32,745 nucleotides of DNA from positions 1 through 32,745 of the forward strand of contig JASJQH010000080.1 in assembly GCA_040143965.1 (NCBI GenBank). Reading direction: 5' to 3'. Both the position numbers and the translations under genes were made by a program. This DNA comes from Basidiobolus ranarum (Eukaryota). Positions 1-17,161 of the stretch are shown one piece after another (within the stretch, counting starts at the first letter, position 1; every line of letters starts with the position of its first letter). Below the pieces are notes generated by a model that worked only from the letters and a program-made list of their open reading frames with translations, did no database searches and was not told the DNA's origin.

Positions 1-1
1 G

Positions 2-199
2 CTTATAAAACCAGCTTCAATCGCCTCTCCTATTCCTTCATCGGAAAGGTCACATGAATCCTCAAGCAGTTCACATACTCCAACTTCACAACCCAAGTCT
101 ATAAAACCCAGTCATGAATCGAATGACGGTTCTTACTTACGTCCTGGATACCTCCTTAGTGGCATGATCGCTATGATTGTCTATACTTTATCAGTATAG
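2..199 (+). CDS. 3' end of a Ser/Pro-rich, probably GPI-anchored cell-surface protein (partial)
   Basis: Frame 2 is open from the window edge: LIKPASIASPIPSSERSHESSSSSHTPTSQPKSIKPSHESNDGSYLRPGYLLSGMIAMIVYTLSV*. This is an S/P/T-rich stalk, small residues (SNDGS) as a possible omega site, and a hydrophobic C-terminal tail. Stop TAG at 197-199. Confidence 0.65.
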   Translation, partial: LIKPASIASPIPSSERSHESSSSSHTPTSQPKSIKPSHESNDGSYLRPGYLLSGMIAMIVYTLSV

Positions 200-225
200 A
201 TACTATTCATGATTTAATATAGTTT

Positions 226-762
226 ATGATTTTAGTGAAATAAATAAAAAATCTTGCATATCCCTACATACTCTTATCTCAAAGCAAGAGAAAGCGAAAG
301 AAGGACAGGCTAGTATATATGATCTCACCAGAACAAGACGCTCATCCCATAAACGGTTATCGACTTGGCAGAATGGATCAATGCGAATAATTTTTAGAAA
401 GGAAATCAAGGCAGTATTAATATAAAACACTCATATGTGGGATAGATCTTAATATTTTCCATGAATCAAAATCCTGCTTTTCCTGCTTCTTGGTACCGCA
501 TCAATCCAAAGAAAAAGAATTGCATCATTGTAAAAATCAATCCATATCCCACATACAGATATGCTATATTAATATCGCTTTCCCATCCTTTCTGAAAATT
601 ATTCGCATTGATCCATTCTGCCAAGTCGATAACCGTTTATGGGATGAGCGTCTTGTTCTGGTGAGATCATATATACTAGCTTGTCCTTCTTTCGCTTTCT
701 CCTTCTATGAGATAAGAGTATGAGGGATACGCAATATTTCCTTTCTATTACCTCAAATAATA
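226..762. repeat. Long imperfect inverted repeat / fold-back
   Basis: 288-403 is the reverse complement of 586-701 with 2 mismatches in 116 bp (309-394 vs 595-680 is perfect). Weaker similarity extends outward to about 226/762 and inward toward about 495. This explains the duplicated peptide IIRIDPFCQVDNRLWDERLV in opposite-strand ORFs. Confidence 0.95.
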
Positions 763-1611
763 TTTCAAAATAACATTCCATGACAATATATGGTGTCTGG
801 ATATAATAATTAATAAGCATCATTGTATTCGGGAAAACTATGGTGTTAAATGTAACTAAAATAACACTTCAAACTAATAATCAATCAAAACCTTCGAACA
901 CAGTCTCTGAAGTGTCATAGATCTAACACAATGATTTTTCCGAATTCAATGGTCAATTTTGGTTATTAATTGTGGATGTACCTGAATCCCAGAAAGAATT
1001 AAGGGTTTTTCCATGAATCTCCTTTTCCAACAATCTCTAACAAAGAGACGGATATCCCGAGAATAGCTATTTAGGTCCCACCCCAGTATCTCCCATTGCC
1101 TATTACATATAGCGTCGTGATATTTGGTCATTCTTCATCTTAACTATGCACATATATATATACGCTGTATTATATTCCAATGCTTATCTGGTGACCGTCG
1201 GTTAGGCGGGGTAGAGACGAACTTCATTCCTCTTAAAATTCTTTTGGTACTTGACGACATCTACTTAGGGTAATAAGTGCCTGAATTCACTTGAAGGGTC
1301 ATTTATATTAGGTAGTGCGGATATAATAAAAACCGTGACTACCTAAAAAGGGTTTTATAGCTGTGTGCATTCTTCTGTTGACATAAGCCACAGGCGGATC
1401 AGTCACTGAAAACTCGATCAACTTGGTACTAACTAACCAATGTCAGTCACACCTTAGTCGTCGTCATTGATGGTGGCCACCCATTGCCAGTAAACTAAGT
1501 CTATGTCTTAAGTGAAGGGGTGTTTTTCCCCAACAAAAATTTCATAGAAATAGGCAAGCTTCCTGGTCCAAATCTTCATCTTGTCCTTCTCTGCTAACAC
1601 TGCATCTGACC

Positions 1612-2728
1612 ATGTTCGCTTCCCGTCAACTTACCTTTAGTGCTCGTCGTGCCTTCTCTACCTCCATTACTGCTGTTTGTATTCCAAGTCTATTGATATC
1701 TATCTCATTGTTCATACACACTCATCATTCTCTTTGATCTTTAGAACGCCACCAAGGTTGCTGTACTTGGTGCCGCTGGTGGTATTGGCCAGCCTCTCTC
1801 CCTTCTTTTAAAGCAGTCCACTCTCATTGATCATCTAAGCCTTTATGATATTGTTAATGGTCTAGGTGTTGCTGCCGATTTAAGCCATATCAACACTCCA
1901 TCCAAAGTTACTGGACATGTTCCCGAAAACGATGGTTTAAAAGAGGCTCTTACCGATGCCAATATCGTTGTCATCCCTGCTGGTGTTCCTCGTAAGCCTG
2001 GTATGACCAGAGATGACTTATTCGGAACCAATGCAAGTATTGTGCGTGATTTAGCCAGCGCTGCAGCTCAACACTGTCCCAAAGCCCATATCTTAGTTAT
2101 CTCCAATCCGGTCAATTCTACCCTTCCAATTGTTTCCGAAGTATTTAAGAAAGCAGGTGTTTATAATCCTCGTAGAATTTTTGGTGTTTCTACACTTGAT
2201 GTAGTTCGTGCATCACGATTTGTTTCAGAGATTCGAAAAGATTTTGATCCCTCTACCCCTATCTCGGTTATTGGCGGTCACTCTGGTACCACGATTATTC
2301 CAGTCCTTTCTAAGGTTCAAACTTCTCAAAAATTCACCCAAAAAGAGGTGGAATATTTGACCCATCGTATTCAATTTGGTGGTGATGAGGTTGTTAAAGC
2401 TAAAGCAGGTACTGGTTCTGCCACTTTAAGTATGGCATTTGCTGGTGCTCGATTCGCACTGAATCTTTTAGAAGCGGTTTCTGGTAAAAGTGGTATTGTT
2501 ACACCCACGTTTGTTTCCCTAGAGGCAGATCCAGAAGGAGGTAAAATCATCAACCAAGAATATGATAATTGTGGATATTTTGCTGCCAATGTAGAACTGG
2601 GTCCAGAAGGAGTCCAAAAGATTCATCCAGTTGGAGAAATCTCGGAATTTGAACAGAAACTTCTTAATGAAGCAATTCCTCAGCTTAAGACTAATATTCA
2701 AAAAGGAATTCAATTCGTTAATGTGTAA
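1612..2728 (+). CDS. MDH1: NAD-dependent malate dehydrogenase with mitochondrial presequence; exons 1612-1674, 1745-2728
   Basis: [44 protein letters not shown]; motifs [38 protein letters not shown]; one GT-AG intron after the Arg-rich presequence. Confidence 0.95.
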
Positions 2729-3411
2729 ATATTTACCATATCTCATTCAACCATACACACCCCCTTGTTCTATCTGTCCACAGTAAATATATCATTGATT
2801 TCAATTTTCTGCATATCTATCACTGGTATTGAAAATTTTGACAATACAATAAATAAACATCTCCCCACCCTTCTAAAATACATACATAATTGATAAATGG
2901 ATTTGTAGTGGTATAGGTTTATAACTATGCACATATCCACTGCCGAAACCAACTCATTCTAATGGATTCAATAATGCATGAATCGTAGCATACAACACCA
3001 GGAAGGGGTTTGTTTAAAGGTACTTTAATTACTGTTTGAAGGTTTCAGCGTTGAAAGGTTATCAGAAGATAACAGCCAACAACCCATGTATATAGAATAG
3101 AAATATCACATCGCATCCAATGAAAATTGTATTACAAATAAATGAAATATGAAAAAAGGAAGAAGTAGTAGTGTCGGTAAGGATGAGGTTAAGGGAGATG
3201 ACTGAGTTGCTTCAATGGGTTGTAAAGGGGATAATAATCCTTTTACAGGGATACATTTTTTTCCCTCCTTTTTCAAAGCACAAATATCATGAAAATGGTG
3301 TCAGGAGGTGAAGTAGTAGTAGTATGTGGGGATATGTGGTTCATGGTAGGAATCCAATGGATGCAGTGGGAAGAATTATATAGCGAACCCAAGATTCAAC
3401 AAACTAATATA

Positions 3412-5225
<1,814 letters not shown>

Positions 5226-5475
5226 AACTATGATAGTAAAAGTGTAGTAGGTTGAGGGTAGCGGAAGAGGAGATAAAGAGCAAACGAGGAATTCAAGCAG
5301 GTGTATAATGAAGTTGAGCAAGTGATTATCAAACAGTAATTAGTTTTAACCCGGGTTAAAAAAACACCACAAAATTTTAATCGCGACAGTGCGTATTGAA
5401 TGAGATATATCAGCATATAAATACAGAAAGCTTAGTTAAGAAAATCATTCCTCTATATTTTGACGACAAGGATCT

Positions 5476-5521
5476 TGACGTAGCACTAGTGATTGGATAT
5501 AACCACAGAAATTATGACGTA
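5476..5521. promoter_or_regulatory. Two CRE-like sites (TGACGTA) flanking a CCAAT box upstream of HOG1
   Basis: TGACGTA at 5476-5482 and 5515-5521, GATTGG at 5491-5496, about 250-300 bp upstream of the HOG1 ATG. Motif match only. Confidence 0.4.
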
Positions 5522-7604
5522 GTATATTGAAACTCAGAATCGCGATTCCGTCTCCTCCGCTATATTTCATTTAGGAAATGTAAAAAAGAAATTGGAATGA
5601 ATGCGGGCATGTAGTTCAGTAAGTGGTTCAGTCCTAACCCTAAGTTACATCAATGATTTAATCATCTTCCACTTTCGACAACGTACACCAATCATGAGCC
5701 TTAGCAAGACTCACTTGCTGTCGAGCTATAGGACCAATATTGGAATATTTGTGTAGCTCAGATGTCCCAATCAAATTCTATATTTCGTTGATTGAGAAAC
5801 CATCTCTTATCGATTCCACCGATATATATGAAGAGACCCAGTAGCTTTGCCGGAGGATAGAGCTATGGCTGTAGTTATGGCCTAACTGTAGCATTAATGT
5901 TTAGGGTTGTGGCTAGGGTTAGTCTCAGGTGTAATACAGGGGAGGCGCTGCGAAGAGCCTCTTATGTCAAAAACCAATAGTGCCAACAATGACTGATATC
6001 TCCAATAATATATTGTGAAGCGGCTCTTATTATAGGTTCATTCCAATGCTAGTCGAGGAGTACAAAGGTTGTTGAGCTTCTTCCACTTATGGAATGTATT
6101 GGGTGATTATGATCTCATATTGAGTGGAAGCGCTTAGGACCCCTTTATATCCCAATACACCCATTTGTAAACCAATGCCTAAATGCTCTTTTGCCGCTAT
6201 TTGGTGGAATAAATGACTTTTGACGATCCTTCGGTCATCGGAAAGTCGGCTTAGGGTTAGTCGGCTTTTCACCTTCCTAAATGCCATTTGGTAGAAGAGC
6301 TCCACCATGCTTTAACCACGAAGACAATATGACCAACGCTAAACAGTAGATAATCTTCTTAAAGGTGCACAGTCAGTTATTCTCATTTCCGCTATAGCCT
6401 GTACTATTTACACTTACGTCAAACCTATGTCAGATCGTTTCTATTCTTGGTTAATACTCGCCAACACAGTCAAAATCCCATCTCCTTATCCCTAATACAG
6501 AGTGCTGACCAATCATCCCATTATTCCACGGAGAAAGCGAGAGGATGGGGGTTACGAAGAGTGTCATGATCAATATTAGGAAGTAGTTAATCATACTCTT
6601 AATGAAAATTGGTCGCAATTTCCCAACTCAAGAATGCCGAAGTCATCGAGCGTCGAAGGGTGGAAAATAAATTCATAAGCAAATATATAACCAAATCACA
6701 CCTGATTCCCCGATTCCACGTGACTTTACTACATTTTCTGTACTAAACCTATTCTGGTATGTTGTCCAATTTTAGTAACTATTCTTAAGTGTTTCTTCCG
6801 GTTTGAATCCAGTAAAAGTATTTAGAGATACAGACCTTCTAAGGTCAAGATGGTAAAGGGGGTGGAAGAGGGATAGTTTCAGTTGAACTAGGGTACGAAG
6901 GCGGGGGCTTTGTATACATCCATCAATGCATCCACGCATACATTCATACATGAAAAGCACAAGAATTGTGTTAATGTAATCTTGGCTCAGCAATATATAG
7001 AAATTGAAAGCAACAGTTGATATCATAAATGGTCAAGATATAATAGAATTCATGCTTAAGGTTTTCACTTTCTGTATGCTCGGATTAATCAAAGCAGACT
7101 TAACCTATTTCCTTTGCATACCTCGTTGTCACCTTTTTTCTAGTGTTTCCACGAGCCCTTGCTTCCTTTGTTTCTATCTACTTTTCTATCGATATATGAG
7201 AAGTACTGTTATTTTTGTTGAGCCTGTTCTTCACTGAAAAATACACTCTTCATTTTGCTCTCTACTTTTTTATTCCATTCGATTTTTTGCTTCTCAAACC
7301 TTACTTTACAAACCGCAGTGTTTTTTCTAACCTTAAGTACGTGGCAATAGGATCTTCTTACCATTCTCGTTACCATCACCTGCTAGTAATTTACCGATAC
7401 TCTCTGTTGATCCGACATACCTCTTACGGTTGGAGGTTGGGGCTTTAATCGATTGAATATAGTTTAGATGCAAAGATATTAAACCTTCGACTACCTTCTA
7501 CCTAATTTACCTGATTATAATATCCCACAACCTTATTCCCTTTTACTTGTATACCTTAATCTTGATTTTATCCGGTCCTGAATTTACCTGATAGACTTTA
7601 AGCT

Positions 7605-10550
<2,946 letters not shown>

Positions 10551-11112
10551 GTTTCTTATTTCTTTCTCTGGCTACTCTTGTCCTTTGTCCAGGATTTGTA
10601 GCTCGCGCTCCTTCTAGTATTTGTGCGCTTTACAAACTTCCTTTTTTTACTACAGAAAATGATCAACCCTCCACCAAAACGTCAGAACTTTTTCTTTACT
10701 TCTACCCAGTCATTAATACTTAGACCCTATACCATTAATTATAGACGATGGCTTAGCTGCTAGTATATCTGCTAGTTACAGAATACCACTTTTTTACCAT
10801 CTAATATTCTACACATAGAGTTGTTCTCTTACCATAGTACACATCGGGAGTTATTTATCTAATGGGTCCTCCTCCCCTATCATAAACAAAAGTTTATTAT
10901 TTTCATGATATCGATTTATTTTGATGGAGTGAATGCAGTTTATTTAAAAATATGACAAATACCTAATCAACTTCGATATATTGGATATATCTGGTAGAGA
11001 TATTGATGAACAAAATTAAACGCCAATAAAGTTTGATTCTATGTAACTACCGAGCTTTTCTCGAATCCTTTTCATACACTTCCTTGACATAGTTGAGTAA
11101 GAAAGTAAGCTC

Positions 11113-14100
11113 ATGGGTCATTTAATTACCGTTGCCTCGTGCTCCCTTAACCAATGGGCGTTGGATTTTGATGGGAATGTGGAGAGGATTCTCGAAAGTA
11201 TCAAAGTGGCCAAGGAAAAAGGTGCTACTCTTCGTGTAGGCCCAGAATTAGAGATAACGTAAGTTTCTACCAGAGCCATGTTCCACTAGATCACAATTCT
11301 AACTGCATTGATATTTTTTCGAATGAAGAGGCTATGGCTGTCAGGATCACTTTTTGGAAGGTTGGAAATTAGTTAATTATGAATTGACTTTAAAGTGTTA
11401 CTAAAGTAGTATATTTATTTTCAGGCGACACTTATCTTCACTCCTGGGAGGCACTTTCTCAAATTCTTAACAACAAAGATACTTATGATATCTTGTTAGA
11501 CTTGGGCATGTAGGTTAATTGGATATTTTATTTACCATTGTACCCATATATTGAAAGATACCCTTTATATAACCTAGGCCCGTAGTTCATAAAACAGTCA
11601 AGTACAATTGTCGAATTCTGGCTCTCAATGGAAAGATTCTTCTCATACGCCCCAAAATGTTCATGGCGAATGACGGGAATTATCGAGAAATGAGATGGTT
11701 CACTGCTTGGACTAAAGCTCGAACAACTGAGACGTACTATCTTCCTAGAATTATTCGAGAAATCACCAGTCAGGTTATTCGTCCATAGCTTTAAATGCAG
11801 CTTTCAGCACCCAGTTTTAAAAGTTTCTATTTGCTTTTTAACAGACCACTGTTCCCTTTGGTGATGCAGTGATTTCCACCATTGATACATGTATTGGTGT
11901 TGAGATGTGTGAGGAATTATTCACACCTAACAGGTAAATGATTTGCTTGGGTTTTACTTGATTTTTGTTTTATTAACTTGAATTGGTTATTTTCTCGCAG
12001 CCCCCATATTCCCATGGGTTTGGATGGAATCGAAATCTTCACTAATAGCAGTGGTAGTCATCATGAACTTCGTAAGCTTCATCGTCGAGTAGACCTGATT
12101 AAAGAAGCGACCCTCAAAGTTAGCACACATTTTTGTTCCCTAATGATAAATAGATTATCACTAACGTTTAATTCAGAGTGGAGGTGTTTATTTGTATGCC
12201 AATCAACAAGGCTGCGATGGTGATAGACTATACTATGATGGTTGCTCTTTAGTCGCTGTGAATGGCCAAGTTCTCAGCCAAGGAACTCAGTTCTCTTTGA
12301 ACGATATTGTAAGCAACGAATACATTGACCATGTAACAAAGTTCAATATTAATTCCTATACCTAGGAAGTGGTTACCGCTACAATTGATATTGAGGAAGT
12401 CCGGTCATTCCGCGGGTCTAACATTAGTCGCGGTGTTCAAGCTGCTAACTCATCTCCATACCCACGCATTGAGGTAGATTTCGCCCTTTCCACCTCCTAC
12501 CTACAACGTCAACTTTCGGTGAGACCTACACGTCCTGTAAAAGTTCGTTACCATACTCCCGAAGAAGAGATCAGGTACGACAATAGATTATTCTATGATA
12601 AAACAGACTGAACTGATTGTTTGACTTTTTTACTCTAGCCTGGGTCCTGCTTGCTGGCTTTGGGATTATTTGCGTAGATCTGGGACTAACGGCTACTTTT
12701 TACCTTTGAGTGGTGGTATTGATAGTTGTGCTACCGCCACTCTAGTGACTTCTATGTGTCGATTGGTAGCTGAAGCTGCCCAAAACGGCAGTAATTAACC
12801 GTTAAATAGGCTTTTAAATATTTAGTTTAACTATTACTTAAATGCTTCTCATAGATATCCAGGTTATCAAAGATGCCCGTAGAATTGCCGGAGTAGAAGA
12901 TGCTGATTATTTACCCACTGATCCGAAGGAGTTCGCGGGGTACTTCTTTTTTATACTCTTGATGTTAGATGGTAGTACTGACATTTTCACACTTAAGACG
13001 TATATTCCATACGTGCTACATGGGAACCTCAAATTCCGGAGCAGAAACAAGATATCGTGCAAAAACTTTGGCAGAAGAGATTGGAAGGTACATTGTCTGG
13101 TATACAAAGCATCGCTCACTGTTACTAATACATATCTGCATAAAGTTACCATACCGACCTTAACATGGATGCTGTTGTTCAAGCCGTCATCACTTTATTT
13201 ATGTTGATCACTGGAAAAACTCCCAGTTACACTGTTCATGGTGGTACGAATACTGAGAATTTGGCTCTTCAAAATATTCAAGTGAGGGATTAGCCGCGTT
13301 CATATTGTGAACTAAACTGAAGCTAACCAACTTTATTCTTAGGCTCGTTTAAGAATGGTTCTTGCTTATTTGTTTGCTCAATTACTGTTATGGGTTCGCG
13401 GTAGAAGTGGAGGATTATTGGTTCTTGGAAGTGCGAATGTCGATGAAAGGTAGGACTTGTGGTACGCCTTAGCCCTTAAATCTCCATATTTCTAAATGGA
13501 TTTGTTAGTCTGCGAGGTTACATGACCAAATATGATTGTTCAAGTGCCGACATCAACCCCATCGGTGCCATAAGCAAAACAGATTTACGCCGGTTTATCG
13601 CTTATGCTAGAGACAATTTCCACATCGATATTCTGGATAGGTAAACCCTGTTTCAAATATTTCTTATTAAGATCGAGTGTCTAATCTTCTTGTTCTTTAA
13701 CAGCTTCCTTCATGCGACCCCTACAGCAGAACTTGTTCCTTTTAGCGATGATTATGTCCAATCAGACGAAGTAAATCTTTACAATATATTCGAACTTGTC
13801 TTAATATTTACTAAGCCGATTTAAACAGGTTGAGATGGGTATGACTTATGATGAACTCTCTGTATTTGGACGCTTACGAAAAGTCTCCAAGTGTGGACCC
13901 TTCTCTATGTTTATGAATCTCGCTCATGAATGGGGAGAGACTCTCAAACCATCAGAGGTACTCTTCCGATCCTATATATCTTCATGATTACTATCTAACA
14001 TCAATTGCCCTCTAGGTTGCAGCCAAAGTCAAGAGATTCTTCTTCTATTATGCAATCAATCGACACAAGTTGACTACTTTGACTCCCTCTTACCATGCAG

Positions 14101-14264
14101 AGTCGTACAGTCCCGATGATAACCGATTTGACCTTCGTCCATTCCTGTATAACGCCAAATGGTCCTGGCAATTCCGTAAGATCGATGAAGCTGTCAAAGT
14201 GTTAGAACAACCTCTGGATCAGCCGGTAGACGCTCTTGCCTTGGATACCACTGGCACAGTATGA
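11113..14264 (+). CDS. QNS1: Glutamine-dependent NAD+ synthetase; about 17 exons
   Basis: [114 protein letters not shown]; 16 GT-AG introns. Confidence 0.97.
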
Positions 14265-15063
14265 GTTCCGATACAGTACAATCGAACTCCGATCAAATCA
14301 ATGTTACTATAAATATACTATAGCAATAACAATAAAATGACCTCATTCATAGGTAATTCATAGCTCGGTAAATATCTAATTTTAAGCATCGCGACCAATT
14401 GAGATGGAGCTAGTGTGGTTTTTTTTGTTTGTGAGAGAAAGTCTAATTCTGAATCTACGCCTAATGCTGCACTAATTATGGAAACATAACCCAGTGTTAC
14501 GTCATGAGATGCATGAAAGCCATAATTAAGGTTCCGAATCAGGCAGATATGAACTTTAGACGGGTATAGGCAACGGGTAAGGCAAGTGATGTTCATTACT
14601 TCGATGAAAAGCAATCTCCAAGAACCCAATCTATCAGATGATGTTTATGGCCTGCATCGGTTGAATTATAAAACCTTGGATGATAAGCATATGTAGACCC
14701 CGCTCTATCTTTGATTGATTTCAGGGTGACTTTATAGTCATGTAGGTGAAAAGTAAGCGAGTAACTCTGACATTATAAATTATTACACGACATCCACCTG
14801 TTATTATTCATTTATTGGAATATGATTCAATTTAACTCATTTTGTAACGAACCCAGCCAATTTGAACATTCAATTTAGATCAGTCGGTGAAAAGCAGACG
14901 CTTGTGAGATATGTGGCGCGTAGTAGGTGATTTTTTTAGAAGGTTGTACTACACCAACTGGATAGTAAAAGAGGGGTGATGATACCAATGATTTTCTATA
15001 AAATCCCACATCTGCCTGGAATTAATCCACATATCACCATAACTACCACCAAAGCTACTGACA

Positions 15064-15271
15064 ATGTTGATCTTCAGTGTTCGTTCAATCTCGCTAGTCA
15101 TTGCCTACTTGACCTGTGTATCCGCTCTAGCCATTCCTCATCGTGAAATGAGCAATGATTTCGTTCTCTGCGAACTAGTAAGTTTTCATTCCAATCGTCT
15201 CTGATTGATCCTACAAATCTGACCATTCTCTTTCTCGATAGAGCTGTCATGTTATCTCCACTAAGCGCTGA
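15064..15271 (+). CDS. Small secreted peptide (47 aa), exons 15064-15177 and 15242-15271
   Basis: MLIFSVRSISLVIAYLTCVSALA-IPHREMSNDFVLCEL|SCHVISTKR*. Signal-peptide-like N-terminus with A-L-A cleavage site; 64-nt GTAAGT...CTGAC...TAG phase-0 intron; TATAAAA at about 14997; A-rich ATG context. Confidence 0.7.
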
Positions 15272-15696
15272 TCAATTGTTATTGTAAATACGGATAACAG
15301 CTGCTCTCCATGGAAGATATAAATACTAGATGTATAGTCACATATCCGCACTGTTAAATTCATTTATCTTGTAAAAAAATCCCTCATAAATATCCATTCT
15401 TTCACAATATTACGTCTTTATGATTAGTCTGACAGAATTCAAGCATATACTGGGTGAAAAGAGATAGTAGTTACCAATGAATTTGAATAGACATGAATAA
15501 TTTACTTAAGTATCCAATACAAGTGCACATATTTCATGATGATAAGGGAACAAGAATCCTGTCAAATGAAGAGTACAAATAGTAACCATCTCAGGAATCT
15601 ACTTACAATGATCAACACTTGGTTTGATAAAGAAGGTTTCGTAAAGAGAATCATATACCAAGGGATAGAATTGAACTGTGAATTTTTAATGGAGAT

Positions 15697-16412
15697 TTAG
15701 TCAGTATGTACCATGTTAACACCAAAAAGGCGTACTCGATGCATAGCTGGAAGTTTTCCAATTAAATTAACAATCAGTGCAGCAATATTAATTAAAAAAG
15801 TGGAGCCTGCGTAGTGGGTATAGTGGGTACTTAATAAAAATCTGATTGAAAGATGATTTAGTTTAAACAGTAATAAAAATGTATTTTACTTAACCAAAAA
15901 AGCTACTTACAATAGAATGGGTGCAGCAGTGAAATACTTTTTGGAAGGTGAGAATTGAACTCCATTATCCATTTGTTCCCATAAAGTTAAGTCGTCGCAA
16001 ACCCCTTGGTTAAATTCAAACGGAATCCCAATAATCCAATGAAATACGACGAAACTTGTCTAGAATAAAGAGAGAAAAGTAAATTATTCCACTGGAAACC
16101 ACTTATTTAAACGAAACATTGCTCCTTAACTACCAGATTATAAGAAAGGTTGGTGAGCGTCCAACTAGCCTCAGAGGATATCCCCGGAATTATGCCGAAG
16201 AGGATTTTTAAAGCGACAATGAGAATGAAGTTGAAAATCCATATACCTTAACAGTCCAATTCAAATATTGGTTACTCCTATTTCTAGTGGACTTTCTTTA
16301 AATGTATCGTTTTACCTTTATAATTCACCCAAGAGGAATTTAAATTGGTTTGACAGGAAGTATCGGTGTACTGTGCATTGTCGGAAGGTTTTTGTAAGAT
16401 TATAACCGACAT
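15697..16412 (-). CDS. ORM1: ORMDL/Orm1 family sphingolipid-synthesis regulator; exons 16412-16316, 16246-16134, 16059-15911, 15841-15697
   Basis: NLNSSWVNYKG, SWTLTNLSYN, FHWIIGIPFEFNQG, LTLWEQMDNGVQFSPSKKYF, PILLFLLSTHYTHY, KLPAMHRVRLFGVN. Confidence 0.93.
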
Positions 16413-17161
16413 TGTCTGCTTTACTAAGAATATTAAAGGAAAACCAGGCTAAACTGGAAGCTGGTGGGGGCCAATAAAAGCAGAAAAATAGAAGAGGAGA
16501 AAGGGGTTGTATGTCAATATAGGTATCTCAAATTTTACCACAAGTAACAAGGGGCTCAACCAAAAAACCTGGTGAAATTTTAAATTAGTGGGTTGCGGAA
16601 ATGATTTAAGAATAACTCCGATCCGCGGAATGTAGTCTGTCTATTTAGGCCCCTGGCTATACTGAGAGAAAGGGAAACGATCAAACTATTATAATCCCTC
16701 CAGAGAGAAACTTGCCATTAATAAAGAATGAATTGTTGTCAGTAACCATTGGTCTTGAATTAGCATGAGACTATACTAATGCCTTAGCTACAGTTTACCA
16801 GCACTGTACCTACTAGGTTAGCTATTATTCCCGATAGTTGACTCCGCATCCCGAATTAAGTAATTAGCAATAATAGAAGTCACCAACGCCGACACGGGTT
16901 GATATTCTATATGAAGGAAATAGCGGTGTGACCACTTTAGTATATCTATTACCATATGATGCAATATTTCACCCTGGTCTTGACTCTGCCCCTCACCCTA
17001 TTCAGTAGACAGACTAAGCATCAATTTTCCAGTTTGCTTGCTTTAAATCAAGAGATATTTTTTTCTTTGCTATGACCAGTCGCCGGTAAGTCATGTGATC
17101 CAATATGTTGATCAATAGAGTCGATTTTCTAAAATCTCTTTCGTACCAGGTAACCATCAAG

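Noticed and set aside
224-823. ORFs 224-430, 490-723 and 599-823 as duplicated protein genes
   Set aside because: The shared peptide is a by-product of the inverted repeat; no recognisable domain or consistent start and stop.
2720-2760. Cryptic peroxisomal targeting of MDH by stop-codon readthrough
   Set aside because: The stop is TAA without a TGA-CTA context, and no SKL-like extension follows.
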